64,000 bases of DNA from Octopus vulgaris (taxonomy: Eukaryota), in contig OX597827.1 of the NCBI GenBank assembly GCA_951406725.2, positions 46,810,001-46,874,000 on the forward strand, in the 5' to 3' direction. Shown here piece after piece: positions 56,359-64,000 of this stretch. The notes under the pieces are model-generated. The model saw only the letters and a program-made list of their open reading frames with translations. It had not been told where the DNA came from and did not search any database. Both the position numbers and the translations under genes were made by a program. Within the stretch, counting starts at the first letter, position 1; every line of letters begins with the position of its first letter.

Positions 56359-58148
56359 CCTGCTCGCTTAGCCAGCGGGGTGGCGTCGTTTGAGGCTAAA
56401 ACAATGCGAAGCACATTGTGACCAGTGATGTGTAGCAACATCTGATAGCCTGGTCGGTCACGGTGATATATATATATATAGGTTAGTAGTGTCAGAGGTT
56501 GGAATACCGTCTAAGGGATAGAAGTATCCGTTACACTACCGGTATAATTACCTATGTTAACCCTGGACATATATATGCAGGAATCAGTTCGCTTCTGTAT
56601 TCTGTTGGAGAATCCCGGCGTTTCTAAGCTTTTGTGCAAATCTGTTATTAAGCGTAGCATGTGAACCTATCATAACATGTATATTTGTAAGTATGAATAT
56701 ATATATACCTATCCACACATACACACACACACACATATATATATGTATATATATAGATGTGTGTGTGTGTGTGTGTTTGTGCCTATATGTGTGTTCGTAT
56801 GTCGGTTTCTCTTGATATAGATGTCAGCATTTCATGTCTTTATATTATTTTATGTGCATACATAATTCATTTACATTTATATGCAAATATATATTTACGA
56901 ATATTCATGAATTTATGCATATTCGCATGCTATTATCGATAGTTATGTAAATATGGACACACGCATGTATCTGCGCATGTATAAAATCTCTCATATACAC
57001 GGAAATGTTTCTTCGTTATTTTTCCTACATTTTATTCAGAACAAGTTCTAGACAATAACCCGCTGCTTTCAGATTACGTCCATTGCTGAATAGAGTTTGG
57101 TACAGAAATTTTATCCAGTGTTAAGAAATAGTTATTACATGCAACGTGGAATATGATTCAAACGTGAAAGAGCTGTTTTAATCCAAGGGTAGTACGTGGT
57201 TGACAGAAGTTTTGATTCTCAGGTGAATCACTTCGTTCACTCACATATTGTACGAAGTTTTTCCAGTTAAATGGATAAAATAGATACTTGTGAAAGTGAA
57301 AAAGAAGCTGCAAGATTGTGTGGCTTCTCTCAAGATTGTATTGCCTTCGACAGTCTTCGGTGAATCATATGAAAACGAAATCTTCTATGGGGTTCCAAAT
57401 AATCCATTAAGCATCTCGAAGTTTTTAAATTTATTTTTCCAGTTAACCTGCAGCGGAAGTTGCTGAAGGCACTAATAAATTCGCATAACCAGAAGATTCA
57501 ACAATGGAAGTTTGAATATGGTCAATGGAGATCTGTTAAAAATAGTACCAAAATCTCATTCAAATCACATCCAAATAAGAAAAGAAAATGTTGGCTTGTA
57601 TATTTTTAGATATGATTCTAAATGAATACGTGTAGGTCATCAACTAAGATTGTCTTTGTTCATAAGACTCATCAAATAAGTTTGATTGGGAGCTAAACAA
57701 TAACAATCAAAACTGTGTTGTTTTAATCAGATTATTTTTCATTGAATTGTTTTGATTTGCGGACGCATTCCATAAATCATTACAGCAAGGTGTGGCCGTG
57801 TAGTTAACAAATTCGCTTCCCGCCGTGAGGCTGATCAGACAAATGGTTGAAGGATTTGAACTAAGGGTTGTTCAATACTTTGAAAGGAACATTTGGTAAA
57901 CGGAAACAACTGAGGCCATTCAGGCTAAAAAAACAAAAAAAAAACACGAAAAAACTTCATACATTCAGGAAGAAGGGGTAAGTTATTAAAAATATCATTA
58001 TCCACAAATCCATTTTATTAATTTCGCTCTTTCTCGCGTTGGAAGAAGACAAAGACTAACTTTTGAGAGTTAGGACGGCTTCTACAGTGTTTTAAGTAAC
58101 TATTACATGACGCACGAAACAATTTCCAATAAATAATAATTGTATTTT

Positions 58149-58358
58149 ATCAGGTCATCCCATAAGTTGTGTCCGAATTTTGAATAAAGAAAACAAGTGA
58201 TCAAATGTTATATTTAATTGAAATTTAATCATCAATGTACTTTCCCTGATTATCTATGACTTCCTTCAATCTTTTTACAAGCTTTTTAATCCCATCAATA
58301 TAAAAGTCTTTTGGTTTCAAAGGAAATAACTCTGAAATGTCAGTTTCGCCTACCTCCT
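58149..58358 (-). mobile_element. Mariner 3' end with probable terminal inverted repeat
   Basis: ELFPLKPKDFYIDGIKKLVKRLKEVIDNQGKYIDD* is a typical mariner C-terminus; the terminus tatcaggtcatcccataagtt begins at a TA. Confidence 0.8.
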
Positions 58359-58628
58359 GGCTTGAGAAAGTTATATCCCTAGGCTTACAAAGAATTAGTC
58401 CTGGGTCGATTTGTTCCACTAAAACTTCTTAAAGCAGTGCTTCAGCCTGGCCGCAGTCACATGACTGAAACAAGTAAAAGAATAAAATACTATATGATAC
58501 ATGAAATACAAAAATAACTTATTATATGTACATATACATTTATAAAATATAATACATGCATATATTATGATATATATATGTATGTATGTGTATATATATG
58601 TATATATTTGTATAAATATATACATACA

Positions 58629-58680
<52 letters not shown>

Positions 58681-59012
58681 CATGCTTATAAATATATTGG
58701 TGTATGTATGTAAATATGTATGTATAATATAGGAAATTGGGAAATAGGCAGGAAATTAGACACCGTAAAAACACCAATAAATGAATAAGACACTTCAACA
58801 TAAGCCACCAACAGAAAAATCTTGCTACAATTTAGTAATTAAATAAGATAAATAAAATAAAATAATTAGCTAAATTTTATTACTCTAAGTTGGAGATTTT
58901 GATAAATAATTATAAACATTTCCAGAAGAAAATTTGGAAGGGAAATTGATTATAGCTATAAGTAAAACATAGATAAAAATGATAACATTATTTATATATA
59001 TGCATGTGTATG

Positions 59013-59061
<49 letters not shown>

Positions 59062-59223
59062 TTAAATATATATTTATACACACACACAAACACACACAGA
59101 CACAAACATATATGTAAAGTAGTCAATAAATACGCTTTTTCAAGATCAGTGACGAAAAGTCACTGGAAAAAGGATATAAATATTTGCATTGGGACTCCCT
59201 TCCATCGAAAACCGGTGATTGTC

Positions 59224-59266
59224 GTGCGCTGATGACGGATCAATACCCAGAAACTGCAGTCCGTGC
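59224..59266 (+). ncRNA. Type I hammerhead motif with GUC site
   Basis: GTGCG-CTGATGA-cggatcaataccca-GAAA-CTGCAG-TC-CGTGC; stem I has two G.U pairs and stem II is weak. Confidence 0.65.
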
Positions 59267-59433
59267 GTATTACTTAGGTTGACGAGGGAAGGATGACCTC
59301 CCTTTGCAAATACCAATAGGGCACAGAAAGTGTGTCTATAGCCAGCTGGAGAAGATGTTCTACTGGGGCTACAAGCTACAGTAACACCCACCCTTAGTGG
59401 TTAGCCATATTGAGATGGCATATATACTTCACA

Positions 59434-59946
59434 TCTATATATATAAAACTGTAGTTGTGTGAGTGTCTGTCCCCTTCGATTTAGATTCCTAACTACTCCC
59501 ACATTTTGCGGTGCAGTTTAACCAAATTCGGGTATCTTATAGTCGTGATTCATATCAAGCCCGTCTGAGTATTAGCGCGCGTCTACGATGAGTCTACGAT
59601 TTTAAAAATAATTTAACATCATTTTTTATTCCATTTTAATGCATAATTTTTCGTGTGTCGATGGCGGCGGAGTTGGCGTCCACGGTCACACCTGCACCTG
59701 TTTGCTTCTCCCCCTTCTTCCCTCCCTCGTGAAGCTGTGGGGAAGGGAGTGTAAGGAAATCAACGTCGTAAAGCGTTGTCAAGGAGACCAGCGTTCTTTT
59801 AGAACGACGACTTCATGGCTTGAAGACACCAAAACAGAAATGGCTAAGAAAGCCCGAATTGGCATCTATAAGGGAAGTAACTCTCTAAAAATGCTTATAT
59901 AGTTATTTCCCTTACAAACCCGAGAAACGCCGGGTGATACTGCTAG
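59434..59946 (+). mobile_element. Non-autonomous Helitron-like element
   Basis: A|TCTATATATATAAAA 5' end, subterminal hairpin cccg...cggg (59919-59934), CTAG|T 3' end, no TSD. Confidence 0.82.
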
Positions 59947-60328
59947 TAGTCAATAAAGAATTTACCATAAAAACCGTGAAGTCAGTTGTGATCAGCATCA
60001 TTGTCATGGTTTAACGTATTAAAGTTACGAAACATTTTCAAATGAGGCATAAGTGAAAAAGGGATTGAAATTTTTTCATAATATGGGGAATGATTATTAT
60101 CATTAATTAATTCCCTTTATTAAAGTTGATTTTGAATTATTATAGGTTTTATATGATTAATATAGTTAACATATAGTTTATGATCATTATTGCTATCATT
60201 ATTAATTTTAAAGATAAGTTTATAGATTATGATTTATAAATCTATGTAGATATATGTATACACACTTGTACATATTTACATACACACACACTCACAAAGA
60301 CATGTATATACATACATACATACATACA

Positions 60329-60381
<53 letters not shown>

Positions 60382-60418
60382 GCATATATAATATATATAC
60401 ATATATATGTACATACTC

Positions 60419-60451
<33 letters not shown>

Positions 60452-60460
60452 TACATACTC

Positions 60461-60491
<31 letters not shown>

Positions 60492-60561
60492 CTCACACAC
60501 ATAATATACACACATACTTATATATACGTAAGCACAAACACATATTGCACGCACACATATT

Positions 60562-60774
60562 CTTTTCTACTCTAGGCACAAGGCCCGAAGTTTTTGGGGA
60601 AGGGGCCAGTCGATTAGATCGAACCCAGTACGCGACTGGTTCTTAATTTATCGACCCCAAATGGATGAAAGGCAAAGTCGATCTCGGTGGAATTTGAACT
60701 TAGAACATAAAGACAGACGAAATACCGCTAACAATTTCGTCCGGCGAGCTAACGTTTCTGCCAGCTCACTGCCT
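60562..60774 (-). mobile_element. SINE family B
   Basis: Reverse complement of the family B head through tail. Confidence 0.82.
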
Positions 60775-60973
60775 TCACATATTGTGAAAGCAATGAAGAC
60801 CAATGAAAGAAAAAAACATAGGAGAGGCGAGGTTTTAACAAATGTAATAGTTTAACGCGTAATAGAAAGAAAGAATCTTAACGTTTCGGACTCTATTCAT
60901 TCATCAGAAGCAAAAGGTAGAAGAAAAGTGAATAAAGCATTTGGAAGAAAATACATACATGCAATCACGCACG

Positions 60974-61031
<58 letters not shown>

Positions 61032-61476
61032 CACACACACACATACACAGACATACATATTGGTATTTCTGTTTAAGAGAAATCTAACTTGCAAGTATTT
61101 AAATTAAAATAAGTTATCTTGAGATTATTAATCCAATTATTGTAAAACTGTAGTAACAACGTCACGAAGAGTTGAATCTCTCTCGGACTAATGAAACTTA
61201 TTAATGGTGAGTTAGTAATTAACAGGAATGGTGAAGTCTAATTCATTAAAACGCTTGATGTAGCCCACTAGTACTAACTGTGGCGCTAATTACAAGCGCT
61301 GCTAATTATAAGAAGATATAAGTCTGTATATTGTGATAGTTAAGGAAAAACGGTGGTATAGATAATAAGGTGTGTGTAAGTATTTTCTTCATAAGTGGTC
61401 GTAGATGCAAGGTTGTAATATGGAGTATAGTGTTAAAAATATTGTTAAAATATTAGAAAAAATTAATTTGTAGGCA

Positions 61477-61511
<35 letters not shown>

Positions 61512-62011
61512 TGTATGTATATTCATTTGAAGAGTAATGTACAGAGGAATAGAATTGAGTGGTCAATCACAGAAAGCTCCTCTAACGGACTCGGCTAACA
61601 GACTCTTCCAGTAGGAAAGAGTATAATGCAGAATTCCATGCTTCTGAAATCCAGAAGATCCGTTCGATGAAATTATTCAACGAAGAGTGTATAATCCATA
61701 AAATGTCAGTAGGTATGAGAGGCAAATATATTTACTTAACCAAGTATAATATTTCTTCAAGTACAAAATCTCTTTTGGCCGCAACATACAAAAAAAAAAA
61801 AAATAATACTTTAAAACGTTTTTCCATACGAGAATCTCTAAAAACTCTAAATAACAAATGATCGTTTCTTTCTCACTTTATTTTCTAGTGCTATATATAC
61901 GTAAATTTCAACTTGCGAGAAAAAGAAAAGAAGAAAATAAAACTTATATATTTTCAATAAAAAATATTATAGGAAAACATTTATGTGAAAACATAGTTTT
62001 GTATTTTACAC

Positions 62012-62098
<87 letters not shown>

Positions 62099-62339
62099 TG
62101 TATACATATATATATAAATATGTGAAGAAAAAACTATTTACTCATTTTGTTAAAAAAAAGACCGATTTCATTTAAACATAATATATACATATGTTTAAAA
62201 TTTAACTCATTTTCAACCGTTTTCCAATTTATATCTTCCATATACATATAAGATACAAAAACACACATGCTTGTTCATACATATACATGCACACACATTT
62301 GTGGCTATATATATATATATATATATATAATTGTATATA

Positions 62340-62386
62340 TATCGATATAAAATCGCCTATATGTATATAATCTCCCAAAATATACC

Positions 62387-62450
<64 letters not shown>

Positions 62451-62561
62451 TCGATATGCAACCACCTAAATGTATATGACCTCCCATTATATATCCTAAT
62501 ATATATATATATTCATCGATATGCAACCACCTAAATGTATATAACCTCCCATTATATACCC

Positions 62562-62570
<9 letters not shown>
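62340..62570. repeat. Local ~62-bp core duplicated (two clear copies, one decayed), separated by (TA)n
   Basis: ttcatcgatatgcaaccacctaaatgtatat at 62447 and 62512. Confidence 0.8.
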
Positions 62571-62601
<31 letters not shown>

Positions 62602-63400
62602 CTACATATATACATATATATACAAAGGGAGTACGCAGAGGCTTTTTTTATTGGCGATACTAATTCTGTTACCTTTGTTTGTTTATTGACGTTTTTATAG
62701 TGTCTGATATTGAATCGTTTATCTGTTCTCCAATATCCCGTGCATACATACATACACAAACACATGCATACATACATACGTACATACACACATACGCACA
62801 TACGTACATACATATCTGCATATATCTACACACACATATAATATATATGTACATATATATATATACATATATACATGTGTATATATATGTATTTATATAT
62901 ATATATACACACATTTATTTATATCTATGTGCATACATATATGTACATATATAAATATATATATATATACATACAAATATATATGTATATATATATATGT
63001 GTGTATATATATAAACATGTATAATGTATAAACACACTCACACACACACATATATATACATATATATATATATGTACACACACACATATATATACGTATA
63101 TATACGCCCTTCATTTGGTTTTCTTCCTCAATAACCCATTGACTCTCTTCTGCAAATTTTGACTGGTTAGTCAACGCATCCTTTTATACCATTTCCATTG
63201 CTCTCCCATATCTGTTCCATTCACTCACCTAAGTATTTCTATTATGTTGACCAAAACAGGAAAAATGGGGTTTTATCAAGCACCCAATTTCCATTCTCCC
63301 CATGTAGGAATGTAAACCTTGAATCACATCATCTATATTTTAAGGATTTCGAAATTCCGAAGGAAGAAGACTAGTCTGATAAGTGCCATCATCTGAAGAG

Positions 63401-63480
<80 letters not shown>

Positions 63481-63484
63481 AATT

Positions 63485-63788
63485 AACCCTAGGACTTTTT
63501 GTATCGTCTCTTTTGCTGAACCGCTAAGTTACAGGGACGTAATCATACCAACATCGGTTGTCAAGTGATGGTGGTTGGACAAACACTGACGCACAAGCAT
63601 ATACATATACATACATACATACATACATACAAATATATATATGTTATATATATAAGGCTTCTTTCAGTTTCCGTCTACCAAATCCATTCACAAGGAGTTG
63701 ATAGGCCTAAGGCTCTAGTAGAAGACACTTGCCCAAGATGCCACGCAGTAGGGCTAAACCTGGAACCATGTGTTTGGGAAGCAAGCTT
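63485..63788 (-). mobile_element. SINE family A, diverged
   Basis: Reverse complement of the head and 3' half. Confidence 0.8.
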
Positions 63789-63800
63789 TATATATATATA

Positions 63801-63962
63801 GGCGCAGGAGTGGCTGTGTGGTAAGTAACTTGCTAACCAACCACATGGTTCCGGGTTCAGTCCCACTGCGTGGCATCTTGGGTAAGTGTCTTCTGCTATA
63901 GCCCCAGGCCGACTAATGCCTTGTGAGTGGATTTGGTAGACAGAAACTGAAAGAAGCCTGTC
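63801..63962 (+). mobile_element. SINE family A 5' half (continues beyond window)
   Basis: ggcgcaggagtggctgtgtggtaag...gggttcagtccc...gaaactgaaagaagcc. Confidence 0.88.
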
Positions 63963-63964
63963 AT

Positions 63965-63998
<34 letters not shown>

Positions 63999-64000
63999 AC

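Overview
Eukaryotic, AT-rich, extremely microsatellite-rich non-coding DNA. The repeat complement suggests an Octopus-like cephalopod genome, but that is inference. No host protein-coding gene can be supported, and nearly all supplied ORFs are translations of (TA)n, (CA)n, (TCTA)n, (TAA)n and (CTT)n tracts. The only recognisable coding sequence is from mobile elements: a 5'-truncated Penelope-like element (RT + GIY-YIG, ~24849-27070) and two degenerate relatives; two tandem L1/Tx1-like 3' fragments inside a (TCTA)n tract; several R4/Dong-like (RLE) fragments, many in (TAA)n tracts; a CR1/L2-type 3' end; mariner and hAT fragments; a Helitron-like element; a MITE; and many copies of four tRNA-derived SINE families. 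The main find is a 511-bp x 2.3 tandem array (7971-9158) with an intact type I hammerhead ribozyme at each unit junction. The array starts at the predicted self-cleavage position and sits in a (TA)n tract, so it is a candidate non-LTR retrozyme (circular-RNA retroelement). About 14 more hammerhead or hammerhead-like motifs of several architectures are scattered across the window. All calls are by-eye; boundaries of degenerate elements are approximate.
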